Source: a virus. Taken from it: a stretch of DNA of 35,933 bases. The notes below the pieces were generated by a model. It saw only the letters and a program-made list of their open reading frames with translations, searched no databases and was not told the DNA's origin. Of the stretch, positions 8,013 to 16,495 are shown one piece after another (position 1 is the stretch's first letter; each line of letters begins with the position of its first letter). The stretch lies in the IMG/VR virus record IMGVR_UViG_3300031565_000174. The stretch is one strand, 5' to 3'. Made by a program: the position numbers and the translations under genes.

Positions 8013-10370
8013 ATGAGAATCATAATTATCACATTATTTCTTTTAATCTCTTCGATCTTAAATGCCCAGCCTTATCGGCTTCGCCTGGATTCGCTCAAAA
8101 TTGATTATAAACTTTATTTAGATGGTATTGACAGGATGCCGTTTTTTGAAGGTTTGGGCGATTCCAATCTGGTGCACTGGAATCAGTTATCAGATGCGGT
8201 TAAACAGCAATTGGGAGCGGGGACAGTTTATAATGCGCCGGATGATTTGACGTTGGAATTAAAGATTGAGGGTTCTGATACCACCATTGGGATTAAAGAT
8301 GAAGGTGTTTTCGGATCGGCTTTTTCCCAGTCTGCCATTGATACGATAATGAAATATGGTGGTGATTCTATTTCGGTAGTTAATGATACAATTGCTTTAC
8401 AAGAAAAAGATCTGGGCGTGGGTGGAAGATGTTTCTTAAAACAATTATCAACTGGTAATAAGTCTGGCGCAGGAATGCTTGTAGGCATCGATTCCTCGGA
8501 TTTTGGTATTGAACCAAATAGCATCGTTATTTTTGATAATCCGAATACGGATGTTATCTGGGTCAGAGATGAATTCCTGCAATTTGGGATAATCAATGTC
8601 CTGGCTGCCGGGGCAAAGGGGGACAGTATTAATGATGATACCCAGTCCATACAGGCCTGCATGGATCTTGCCCGCGACCTTCAGATTGATATTACGGATA
8701 ATTATACAGGGTTTGCTTCCGATCGCCGCGTAATCAGATCTCCTAAAATAATTATTCCATTCGGTAAAAAGGGGAAATACAGAATAACATCTCCGATTAC
8801 GATTTATAACGGCCAGGATATCGAATTCCAGAAAAGCGCTTTGGTTGCCGGCACCCAGGGAATGGTCATGGTCACAACCTTACATACGTCTGCAGGGAAC
8901 CCGGTCGCGACTTATGGGACGCGAAATCTCCGGGTTAAAGACATGATTTTATTCGGGAACGGCCTCGCTGAAAAGGGATTGTTCCTCAGGAATACCGGGG
9001 ATGGAAGTACAATATCAAACCTGGCGGTTTACGGGGTTAAAGGAAAGACGTTCGCCGATGGAACCAGGGAATGCGATATCCCGGATCTCTCCTCTAATAC
9101 AATTATAGTAGATAATGCGACCGGGCTTTTGCCTAACCAAATTATAGAGATAGAAAACTACAGCGGCTTTTTTGTGATCGAGACAATCTCCGGAACTACT
9201 GTAACCTTAAACAGGAATATAAGCGCATCTGGAGGAGTTGGAAATGTTTCAGAATTTTATTCGAGGCCGACCGGTCTACAGATCGGGCGGTGTATAGGGC
9301 TGAATATTTTCTCGCCTGAGGTCCGGTTAAATACCCTGGGGGTATATGTCGGCGATGACTCGACGGTCGGAAGATCCGCAAAGGTTCAGTTTTATGGCGC
9401 CTTTATTGAAGATAACGATTACGGGCTTTTACTCGACCGGGCGGATGCCTGTAGTTTTTACGGCCCGCTGGTTCAGCACTCGCGCCGGGGCTGGGATATT
9501 TGCATCACGAACGGGACCTGGAACAATGATTTTTATAGCCTTTATTGCGAAAGTATAAATTCAGACACGCTCGATACATACGGGACCAGAACCTTTCCGG
9601 TTATAGATATATTATGGAATTCTTTCGGGACTTCATTTCACAACCTCAGATACCCGCAAAATCCGTCTGCAGTCGGATGGCGCCGTCTTATGAGAAATTA
9701 CGGGGAAAACACTTTCGTCAGTGGGCTAAAAGTTACGGACGACGATTTAATCGAGAATCCCAGCGCGGATAATGATTATGCTCTAATCGAACAGAACCAA
9801 TCGAATGGCACTATCACGGTCCAATCATCATCCGGGTCCGCGAATATTCACAACCCATATTTATATGTTGTCGGGTCTGACGGATCTTACCCGAACGATC
9901 GGGCGTCTGTCTCTTTTCAATGGGCAAACGGACAAAGATTAAGCGGGAGATATAATTTTTATAGCGATACCGGGAGCGACCCTTTACTTTCTTTTTATAA
10001 GAGCGATACGACCTGGACCTCGACAGCGGCTCGGCTCTATCTGGCGATCAATGGTCTGCACCTGGGACATGACGACATTAGCTTTGCGAGTACGAGAATT
10101 TATAGCGACGCGACGAATCGTGTAAGGCTGGAAACCGGGGACACTTTTTATATAAATACCTCCTGGGATGGCGGTCAATTAAGGCTTGATTCCTGGCGAA
10201 TGTGGGAAGATGAAGCCGGTTATTTACGGGCGGTCGGGACCGGAGATCCGGCCAGTGACAGCGATGGATATGAATTCTTTTTAGGCGATTCAATAAGATC
10301 AGATGCCGACTCTGTATATATTTATATTCACGGAAAGTATAGCGCATTAGAATTGAAGGCAATACCATGA
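8013..10370 (+). CDS. Tailspike / polysaccharide depolymerase with right-handed beta-helix (pectate-lyase-3-like) domain
   Basis: The start is moved to ATG 8013 (MRIIIITLFLLISSILNAQ, signal-peptide-like). The motif NVLAAGAKGDSINDDTQSIQACMDLA is the classic cap of Pectate_lyase_3 / tailspike beta-helices (GAxGDGxxDDTxAIQxA). Confidence 0.7.
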   Translation: MRIIIITLFLLISSILNAQPYRLRLDSLKIDYKLYLDGIDRMPFFEGLGDSNLVHWNQLSDAVKQQLGAGTVYNAPDDLTLELKIEGSDTTIGIKDEGVFGSAFSQSAIDTIMKYGGDSISVVNDTIALQEKDLGVGGRCFLKQLSTGNKSGAGMLVGIDSSDFGIEPNSIVIFDNPNTDVIWVRDEFLQFGIINVLAAGAKGDSINDDTQSIQACMDLARDLQIDITDNYTGFASDRRVIRSPKIIIPFGKKGKYRITSPITIYNGQDIEFQKSALVAGTQGMVMVTTLHTSAGNPVATYGTRNLRVKDMILFGNGLAEKGLFLRNTGDGSTISNLAVYGVKGKTFADGTRECDIPDLSSNTIIVDNATGLLPNQIIEIENYSGFFVIETISGTTVTLNRNISASGGVGNVSEFYSRPTGLQIGRCIGLNIFSPEVRLNTLGVYVGDDSTVGRSAKVQFYGAFIEDNDYGLLLDRADACSFYGPLVQHSRRGWDICITNGTWNNDFYSLYCESINSDTLDTYGTRTFPVIDILWNSFGTSFHNLRYPQNPSAVGWRRLMRNYGENTFVSGLKVTDDDLIENPSADNDYALIEQNQSNGTITVQSSSGSANIHNPYLYVVGSDGSYPNDRASVSFQWANGQRLSGRYNFYSDTGSDPLLSFYKSDTTWTSTAARLYLAINGLHLGHDDISFASTRIYSDATNRVRLETGDTFYINTSWDGGQLRLDSWRMWEDEAGYLRAVGTGDPASDSDGYEFFLGDSIRSDADSVYIYIHGKYSALELKAIP

Positions 10371-10594
10371 ACAGGTTCTTTTATGATCTAACAAAAAGAA
10401 ACTGGGGATTACCCTGGCATATTATAATAGCATGGGGAATTACTGATATAGCAATGATTTGGGTGCATTGGTTCTGGATTTTATTTGGCATTACTCTCAT
10501 CGGTTTTGCTTATGAAAGATATCAAGATTCAACTGGTACAGTTGAGGATATGGTAGCAAATACTGTTGGATTTATCTTTGGGGTACTGTTATGA
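10367..10594 (+). CDS. Small integral membrane protein (75 aa), VanZ-like flavour
   Basis: Two or three TM segments. The end pattern EDMVANTVGFIFGVLL recalls VanZ-type proteins. First gene of the low-GC block. Confidence 0.5.
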   Translation: MNRFFYDLTKRNWGLPWHIIIAWGITDIAMIWVHWFWILFGITLIGFAYERYQDSTGTVEDMVANTVGFIFGVLL

Positions 10595-11262
10595 AATATT
10601 TAATAGAAATTATGTCTATACTATTGTTATTGTTCATATCAACATTGTTTATTGGCACAGATTATTACGTTGATAAGAATAAAGGTTCTGATGCTGCCAA
10701 TGGTTTAACCCCTGCAACGGCATGGGAGACTATATCAAAAGTAAATTCCGTAACATTTGATCCTGGAGATGTTGTACATTTTCGTACCGGAAATATATGG
10801 AGAGAAACACTAACAGTTCCCTCAAGTGGTATTCCAATAGAAGCTCTAATTTTTGAATTAGATGTTATATCTACTCAGACGATTGACGGTGCTTTTCAGA
10901 CATCATCAACATCAGATACAGTCTATGTCTATTGGGGCGATGGAACATCCGGCAAATATGTAGGAACAACAGATCAGGCGTATTCCAAAAATTACGGCAG
11001 CCCAGGAAACAGAAAAGTTAAGATATACGCGGATGATGAATCTGTATTGACGAAATATACTATGGCAACGGTGGGTGCCAACGTACAATTTGCATTGTCA
11101 GATTTGCCATCTGGCTTGACTTCTTTTTATTGTGCTGGATCAAATACTGTGTCTGGGGCATTGTCAGATTTGCCATCAGGATTAACTTATTTTTTTTGTC
11201 TTGGGTCAAATACTGTGTCTGGGGCATTGTCAGATTTGCCATCTGGCTTGACTTCTTTTTAA
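10591..11262 (+). CDS. Exported protein with beta-helix N-terminal cap and leucine-rich repeats, N-terminal segment ending at an in-frame TAA (11260-11262)
   Basis: Hydrophobic N-terminus, then DYYVDKNKGSDAANGLTPATAWETISKVNSVTFDPGDVVHFRTGNIW (typical cap of parallel beta-helix proteins), then 22-aa LRR units. The same frame continues open to 11790. Confidence 0.65.
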   Translation: MKYLIEIMSILLLLFISTLFIGTDYYVDKNKGSDAANGLTPATAWETISKVNSVTFDPGDVVHFRTGNIWRETLTVPSSGIPIEALIFELDVISTQTIDGAFQTSSTSDTVYVYWGDGTSGKYVGTTDQAYSKNYGSPGNRKVKIYADDESVLTKYTMATVGANVQFALSDLPSGLTSFYCAGSNTVSGALSDLPSGLTYFFCLGSNTVSGALSDLPSGLTSF

Positions 11263-11553
11263 TGTACCGGGACTAATACTATATCTGGGGCATTATCTGA
11301 TTTATCATCTGACGTAATTTATTTTAAATGTTATGGATCGAATACTCTTTCGGGTACGTTGTCAGATTTGCCATCTGTCTTGACTGTTTTTTATTGTGCC
11401 GGATTAAATACTGTGTCTGGAGCATTGTCAGATTTGCCATCAGGATTAACTTATTTTTTTTGTCTTGGGTCAAATACTGTATCTGGAACGTTATCAGATT
11501 TGCCATCTGACGTAATTTATTTTTATTGTGCCGGATCAAATACTATAAGTGAT
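11092..11553 (+). repeat. Seven tandem 66-bp (22-aa) coding repeats, consensus aLSDLPSGLTyFyCaGSNTVSG (LRR-like)
   Basis: Counted directly. Units begin at 11092, 11158, 11224, 11290, 11356, 11422 and 11488. Units 2 and 6 are nearly identical at the DNA level. Confidence 0.9.
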
Positions 11554-11790
11554 TTTACACCGCCGCACACATGGGCAAATAATTTTAATATGATGAATTC
11601 TAGTCCCGCTCTCGAATCGGGATTATCTTCATCAGAAGTAGATGATTTGCTTATTTCACTTGCGGCAGCAACCTGGGGTGGGAGTTCAAGGTCTTGTTGG
11701 CTTGCCGGAAATAATGCGGCAAGAACGGCTGCCAGTGATGATGCAGTTTCAACGCTTCAAGGTAAATCAGTTAACGTCACAACAAATTAA
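11359..11790 (+). CDS. C-terminal segment of the same LRR protein (same frame as 10591; callable alone only from TTG 11359)
   Basis: 10591 and 11359 share a reading frame, and there is no stop between 11263 and 11358. The repeats continue across the gap. Confidence 0.55.
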   Translation: MSDLPSVLTVFYCAGLNTVSGALSDLPSGLTYFFCLGSNTVSGTLSDLPSDVIYFYCAGSNTISDFTPPHTWANNFNMMNSSPALESGLSSSEVDDLLISLAAATWGGSSRSCWLAGNNAARTAASDDAVSTLQGKSVNVTTN

Positions 11791-11804
11791 TCGGAGTGTT
11801 AGAG

Positions 11805-12146
11805 ATGAAAATATTATTTTTATTACTTTTTTCCTTTTCTCTTTGTTACGCACAAAACACAACAGATAGAGAAGATGAATTTAAGGCAAAAAACTGCAAA
11901 CAGGTAACCAAGGCAGACATTAAGGTCAATGTAATTTCAGGAAAAGCACGTGTTATATGGGATAAATACGGCAATATTACTTATCGGCATGAAACATACA
12001 AGGGCGATGTATCAATGACATATCCGGGCTTATTTAATTTTTTTGCTGATTATGATACTAAGATAAAAGCAGATTCAGCAATAACCAAATTAAATCTTAA
12101 GGATAAAACAAATGAATATAAATTAACCGGGGATGTAAATAGATGA
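11805..12146 (+). CDS. Small exported protein (113 aa)
   Basis: ATG 11805 preceded by GGAG (11793-11796). N-terminus MKILFLLLFSFSLCYAQ looks like a signal peptide. Confidence 0.6.
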   Translation: MKILFLLLFSFSLCYAQNTTDREDEFKAKNCKQVTKADIKVNVISGKARVIWDKYGNITYRHETYKGDVSMTYPGLFNFFADYDTKIKADSAITKLNLKDKTNEYKLTGDVNR

Positions 12147-12958
12147 AGAAAATATTATTTATTTTGTTATTATTGTCTTCTCCAAATTTGAACAGTGCAG
12201 GGCTTCCGATTACATTCAGCGTATATGATTCGGCTACGGGGCTGACAGGGACGGACGCATCAGGAGCAAAGCCGATTATAGACTCTACCGGAACAGCAAT
12301 TGATTTTAATGGTAAAAGTTATATCACTCTGGAAAAGATCGAGATAAGAAATGGGTTGACTAAACTTAATCTTGGCATAAATAATATAATAAGATACTGC
12401 AAATTCGACAGCGCAGATGCAAACGCACTTCTTTTAGATGGGAAAACCAATTCCGTATATTATAATTTATTCTTAAATGGCACTACTGATGCGATAGAAG
12501 TTGATTCATCGGCGAATACAATTTATAATAATGTTATTTACGCAAATGGAAACGGATTTGACGTGGATGCTGCTGTGACTATTAAGAATAACATTGTAAA
12601 TACATCGGGGACAAATGATATAAATATTGCAGCCGGAGTAACGGTGACAGGTGGCTATAATGTTTATGAAGATGCCGCAAAAGCAGGAGACGGTACGTAT
12701 TCTGGCACTTCATTGTGGGCGGCTGATCCCCTATTCACCAATGCAGCCGGGGGTGATTTCACATTGACTGCATTGTCACCTTGTATAAATGCAGGTACTG
12801 GTGTTGGATTGGTATTAGATTACATTGGCATCACAGTACCATCACCGACAGGGACTAACCCGGATATCGGAGCGTATGAATATAGTCAGTCGGCAGGAAC
12901 AATTATAAAAAATTACTGGCCAATCTGGCCAATCTGGCCGGTTTACCCGGAACATTAA
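12143..12958 (+). CDS. Exported right-handed parallel beta-helix (PbH1) repeat protein
   Basis: Signal-like N-terminus MKKILFILLLLSSPNLNSAG, then repeated NxIxN beta-helix rungs. The C-terminal signature ADPLFTNAAGGDFTLTALSPCINAGTG...NPDIGAYEY is typical of PbH1 proteins. It ends with WPIWPIWPVYP. Confidence 0.7.
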   Translation: MKKILFILLLLSSPNLNSAGLPITFSVYDSATGLTGTDASGAKPIIDSTGTAIDFNGKSYITLEKIEIRNGLTKLNLGINNIIRYCKFDSADANALLLDGKTNSVYYNLFLNGTTDAIEVDSSANTIYNNVIYANGNGFDVDAAVTIKNNIVNTSGTNDINIAAGVTVTGGYNVYEDAAKAGDGTYSGTSLWAADPLFTNAAGGDFTLTALSPCINAGTGVGLVLDYIGITVPSPTGTNPDIGAYEYSQSAGTIIKNYWPIWPIWPVYPEH

Positions 12959-12976
12959 ATTAAGGAGAAATAGATA

Positions 12977-13432
12977 ATGAAGAAATTTTTAATATTATTT
13001 TTAATCTTAATCCCGCTCTGCCTGCCGGCCCAGATCTATGACCGGGGTATATTCGGGACCGAATCCGTAATCCTCGATCTGGATACCTGCGCAGTCTCTG
13101 ACGACAGTTTAACTTCCCGGATAGTCAACTGGCCACAATGGCGTTCGATGCGCGGTACGCTCAAGATCTGGGGCGAAATGTGGGTATTATCGGGCAAGGT
13201 TCGGACATTCACGGTCAATTTAAAACCTTTGCATGATTATGATACAAGTGAACTGGGGATTTCCAGGGAACTGGGCACGATTACCGTCACCGATTCGGTA
13301 AAATATGAATTCAGTGTGGGAAATATCGGCGCCGGTGACTGGTGGGATATTATAAAGGGTTACCAGGTAAATTTCGTTCCTGATTCAACTACTTCAGGGG
13401 TAAAAATTAAGGGGAGGGAGCTGGCAAAATGA
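12977..13432 (+). CDS. Hypothetical exported protein (151 aa)
   Basis: RBS AAGGAG (12962-12967). N-terminus MKKFLILFLILIPLCLPAQ is signal-like. No family recognised. Confidence 0.6.
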   Translation: MKKFLILFLILIPLCLPAQIYDRGIFGTESVILDLDTCAVSDDSLTSRIVNWPQWRSMRGTLKIWGEMWVLSGKVRTFTVNLKPLHDYDTSELGISRELGTITVTDSVKYEFSVGNIGAGDWWDIIKGYQVNFVPDSTTSGVKIKGRELAK

Positions 13433-13638
13433 ACTTAGAGAATAAACGTAAATTCTATATCACTGCTTTAAGTCTGATATTTTCGGCTGTATTATCAGGC
13501 ATAGTGATCTGGCAGATCCCGGCCGATGCCGTAACTCTGATCGCAGCGATCGGGGCCAATGTCACGGCCGTGAATACACCGTTCATGCTATCCAATTACG
13601 GAGAGAATAAAGTAAAGGCCCAGAATGGAAAGGTCTGA
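13429..13638 (+). CDS. Small membrane protein (69 aa)
   Basis: Two hydrophobic segments. Its ends overlap both neighbouring genes. Confidence 0.55.
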   Translation: MNLENKRKFYITALSLIFSAVLSGIVIWQIPADAVTLIAAIGANVTAVNTPFMLSNYGENKVKAQNGKV

Positions 13639-14050
13639 ATACAGGATCGGGCATCTGACTTACTTCCAGGAAGAACTGACCTATGGCCAGGATAAAAAAC
13701 TCTTAAAATTCTATAATAGTATAAGGAATAAATCGTTTAAAAATGAAGAGCTAAAACTTAAAGATCTCCCTGAGATTTTAGAAAAATACAATCTCCTGGA
13801 TTCATTCTTTGGTATACTTTTAAAGCCGAAATGGAACCTGGTTTATTTATTAAGTTTTAAATGGATCCGGTATTTATTATATGGCCAGATCGCCATTGAT
13901 AAGGCCAAAAATACGGAGATCGGAGAGATCTTCAACGATTTTTTTTTATGGAACAGGAAGTACGTGACAATATTAAAAGAATATCTGAATACCTTGGGCT
14001 TAACAGCGATAGCGATGGAGAAAACGGCGCCGGCGGAAAAGAAGGAATAA
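13625..14050 (+). CDS. Tail assembly chaperone (gpG-like, zero-frame product)
   Basis: 141-aa ORF immediately upstream of the tape measure, overlapped at its 3' end by a -1 frame ORF. This is the canonical G/GT layout. Confidence 0.65.
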   Translation: MERSEYRIGHLTYFQEELTYGQDKKLLKFYNSIRNKSFKNEELKLKDLPEILEKYNLLDSFFGILLKPKWNLVYLLSFKWIRYLLYGQIAIDKAKNTEIGEIFNDFFLWNRKYVTILKEYLNTLGLTAIAMEKTAPAEKKE

Positions 14051-14223
14051 TACGGGAATCTTTTATTATCGGTGAGGAAGAGGATTTTGAAGGCTGGCTC
14101 AATTTTAAACTGATAGAAGTCAATGCATTGAACGGAGAATTTAATCATAAAAAATCTAAAAAATTGGATAAACTGCCGGTTGTCGAAGTTTATCTCCGGG
14201 CATATTCAAATTTGAAGAGGTAG
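13625..14223 (+). CDS. Tail assembly chaperone -1 frameshift fusion product (gpGT-like)
   Basis: Zero-frame codons start at positions 2 mod 3. The overlapping ORF (13948-14223) is in frame 1 mod 3, which is -1. The slippery heptamer T TTT TTA at 13942-13948 lies in the overlap. Confidence 0.55.
13942..13948 (+). other. Candidate -1 programmed ribosomal frameshift site TTTTTTA within a T9 run
   Basis: Zero-frame codons are GAT TTT TTT TTA TGG (D F F L W). Slipping back 1 nt continues with ATG GAA CAG... (MEQEVRD...). Confidence 0.55.
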
Positions 14224-14268
14224 TTACCTCAGAGATAATTACCTCAGAGTTAATTAACTCACAGGAAA
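14224..14268 (+). repeat. Three tandem 15-bp repeats (TTACCTCAGAGATAA, TTACCTCAGAGTTAA, TTAACTCACAGGAAA) in the chaperone-tape measure intergenic gap
   Basis: Read directly. They end 8 nt before the tape measure ATG (14276). Confidence 0.85.
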
Positions 14269-14275
14269 TAATAAA

Positions 14276-16495
14276 ATGGCATTAAAGGGAAGTCAAATAG
14301 ATCTGATACTCGGATTAAAATTGTCCGAGTTTTTTAATGCCAATAAAAAGGCCTGGGTTGAATATTCCAAAACCAAGGGAAAGATAGAAAAGGATCCGGT
14401 TCGTTTCAGGGAAACAGGAAGTAAGAGCCTGCTCGCCACCATGGCAAAGATGGGCGCCCTTTATCTTGTCATAACCAGGGCAATCCCTGATATGATCCGC
14501 GTGTCGAACGAGCAGGAAAAAGCCGATACCAGGCTTGCCCAGGCGCTAAAAAACGTAAATGAATATTCCGAAGAGAATTTCCGATTGTTCAAACAACAGG
14601 CATCGGCCATTCAGAATATTACGATAGTCGGTGATGAACAATCCGAAATGCTTCAGACCCTGGCGCTTAATATGGGAATTAATACGAAAAGACTTGATGA
14701 GGCAACCAGGGGAGCGATAGGTTTATCATCCGCCTTTAGTTCCGCCGGACTTTCCCAGGAAACGGCCATGAAGGGAGTCGCCCTGGCCTACCAGGGGAAT
14801 TTTGAACAGCTGCAAAGATATATTCCCGCCTTAAGAACTACCAAAGATGTAACTGAAAAAATGGCCATCCTTCAAAAAGCGATGGCCGATGGATTTAAAA
14901 TGGCGACTGAGGAGGCAAAAAGCGGCGCCGGTCAGATGCAGCAATTCTCAAATCTGGTGGGTGATTTTAAGGAAGAGATCGGGGATCTCATAAAAAGCGC
15001 TCTCATGCCCATGATTCAGACCGGCAAGCCGATCGTTCAATGGCTTAATGATATGGATGAGGGTACCCGGAATACAACGCTGGCCATGTCCGGGTTTATT
15101 CTTATTACGCCCAAACTAATTACAGCGCTTCGGGGTTTAAGCATTGCCATTGGACCTGCAGGTTGGTTAACCCTGGCCCTGGGAGTGATTATTACTTTGT
15201 GGCTTGAAAATGAATCCGCCGCAGAAAGAGCGGCGACAGCCATAAGAAATTATAAAAAAGCCGCCGATGAATTAAATACGGATCAAATAGAAAAAGAGAT
15301 TAAAGAATTAAATGATGAAATAGAGCGGACTAAAAAATTAATTACGGAAGAGTTGGAAGAAGGTCCTAGTATATTTGATGTAATTTTAGCCGGTGCCCGA
15401 TCTGTTATCGGGGGATTTTCCGCTGTAGAATTACCCGTTGAAAGATACATTGATCAGTTGGGAGAATTAAATAATAAGGAAAAAGCTTATAACGAAATAT
15501 TAAAAGAGAGAAATGAAATAAAAGCAGGTGCAAAGCCCGTAATACCGGAGATCCCGGGAACTCCGGGTGCTAGAGCTCCCGCTGAAATTCTAACTCCTGA
15601 CATTGAACCATTAAAAGCCATTCATAAAGATATGCTGGGTGAAGAACAGCAATTCCGATTTAAAATGCTTGATATCAGCACGCAATTTGATGAGCTGGGG
15701 ATGACTGGGTTAAATGATGAATATGCGCGGAAAACAATGCTGCTCGATGATCAATTGGACCAGGTCCGGGAGCATTTAGGCGAAGAATCACAATTATACC
15801 AGGATCTGGCATTAAAAAAACTGGTCACAGAAAAGAACTATCAGAAACAGAAAAATAAGCTCGCGGAATTAGCGATTAAAGAAGCGGCAGCGTTGGGCGA
15901 TGAAGTGATGCAGACTTTCCAGGCCCAGAGCAGTATTTTGTTTGGTATCGGAAAAGCGCTGGCCATGGCCAACCTGGCCATAACCAAGGGTGAAGCGATC
16001 GCCCGGGCATATAAGGATTATCCCTGGCCCTTCAATCTTATAGTTATGGGAATCCAGGCGGCCCTTGTCGCTCAACAGATCGCCAATGTTTCTAAAGTAA
16101 ATTTTAAACCAACGGGTAAAAAAGAGGGCGGAGTTTTAACTTCCAGGGATATTATCGGCCGTTCATTCCTGCCTCCGGAAGAAGACGGATATTTTGCTGG
16201 TCAATTGGGCGAAATGGTGATGAACCGTTATGCGACCAGGAAATATTTTCCGGTCTTAAATCAGATGAATCGGGAAAAGAGAAGGGGATTCGCGGAAGGG
16301 GGTATTATTCAAAACGGAGATCTGTCGACACCGATCGCATCGGAAGATTTGACACTGCTTTCCGCAGTGGTTGAAAATGCTATTATATCCGGTTTTAGTA
16401 AGTCATCTATAAAGGTTAAAGGTGAATTCAGGCAATCCGGTAGAGACATGAGAGCTGTTCTTGATAAAATAGAAGAATTAAAGGAGCAGGCTTAA
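14276..16495 (+). CDS. Tail tape measure protein (739 aa)
   Basis: Longest helical ORF, directly downstream of the G/GT chaperones. It has internal hydrophobic segments, coiled-coil regions and a TP901-type core-like N-terminal half. Confidence 0.8.
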   Translation: MALKGSQIDLILGLKLSEFFNANKKAWVEYSKTKGKIEKDPVRFRETGSKSLLATMAKMGALYLVITRAIPDMIRVSNEQEKADTRLAQALKNVNEYSEENFRLFKQQASAIQNITIVGDEQSEMLQTLALNMGINTKRLDEATRGAIGLSSAFSSAGLSQETAMKGVALAYQGNFEQLQRYIPALRTTKDVTEKMAILQKAMADGFKMATEEAKSGAGQMQQFSNLVGDFKEEIGDLIKSALMPMIQTGKPIVQWLNDMDEGTRNTTLAMSGFILITPKLITALRGLSIAIGPAGWLTLALGVIITLWLENESAAERAATAIRNYKKAADELNTDQIEKEIKELNDEIERTKKLITEELEEGPSIFDVILAGARSVIGGFSAVELPVERYIDQLGELNNKEKAYNEILKERNEIKAGAKPVIPEIPGTPGARAPAEILTPDIEPLKAIHKDMLGEEQQFRFKMLDISTQFDELGMTGLNDEYARKTMLLDDQLDQVREHLGEESQLYQDLALKKLVTEKNYQKQKNKLAELAIKEAAALGDEVMQTFQAQSSILFGIGKALAMANLAITKGEAIARAYKDYPWPFNLIVMGIQAALVAQQIANVSKVNFKPTGKKEGGVLTSRDIIGRSFLPPEEDGYFAGQLGEMVMNRYATRKYFPVLNQMNREKRRGFAEGGIIQNGDLSTPIASEDLTLLSAVVENAIISGFSKSSIKVKGEFRQSGRDMRAVLDKIEELKEQA

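Noticed and set aside
11060-11539. ORFs 11060-11242(-), 11324-11539(-) and 11328-11510(+) within the repeat array
   Set aside because: They are off-frame and antisense readings of the same tandem repeats (repetitive MANLTM.../RFAI... products), so they are artefacts of repeat periodicity.
11092-11553. CRISPR array or DGR variable region explanation for the 66-bp repeats
   Set aside because: The units are contiguous with no spacers, stay in one reading frame, and encode an LRR consensus. There are no cas genes, template repeat or reverse transcriptase in the genome.
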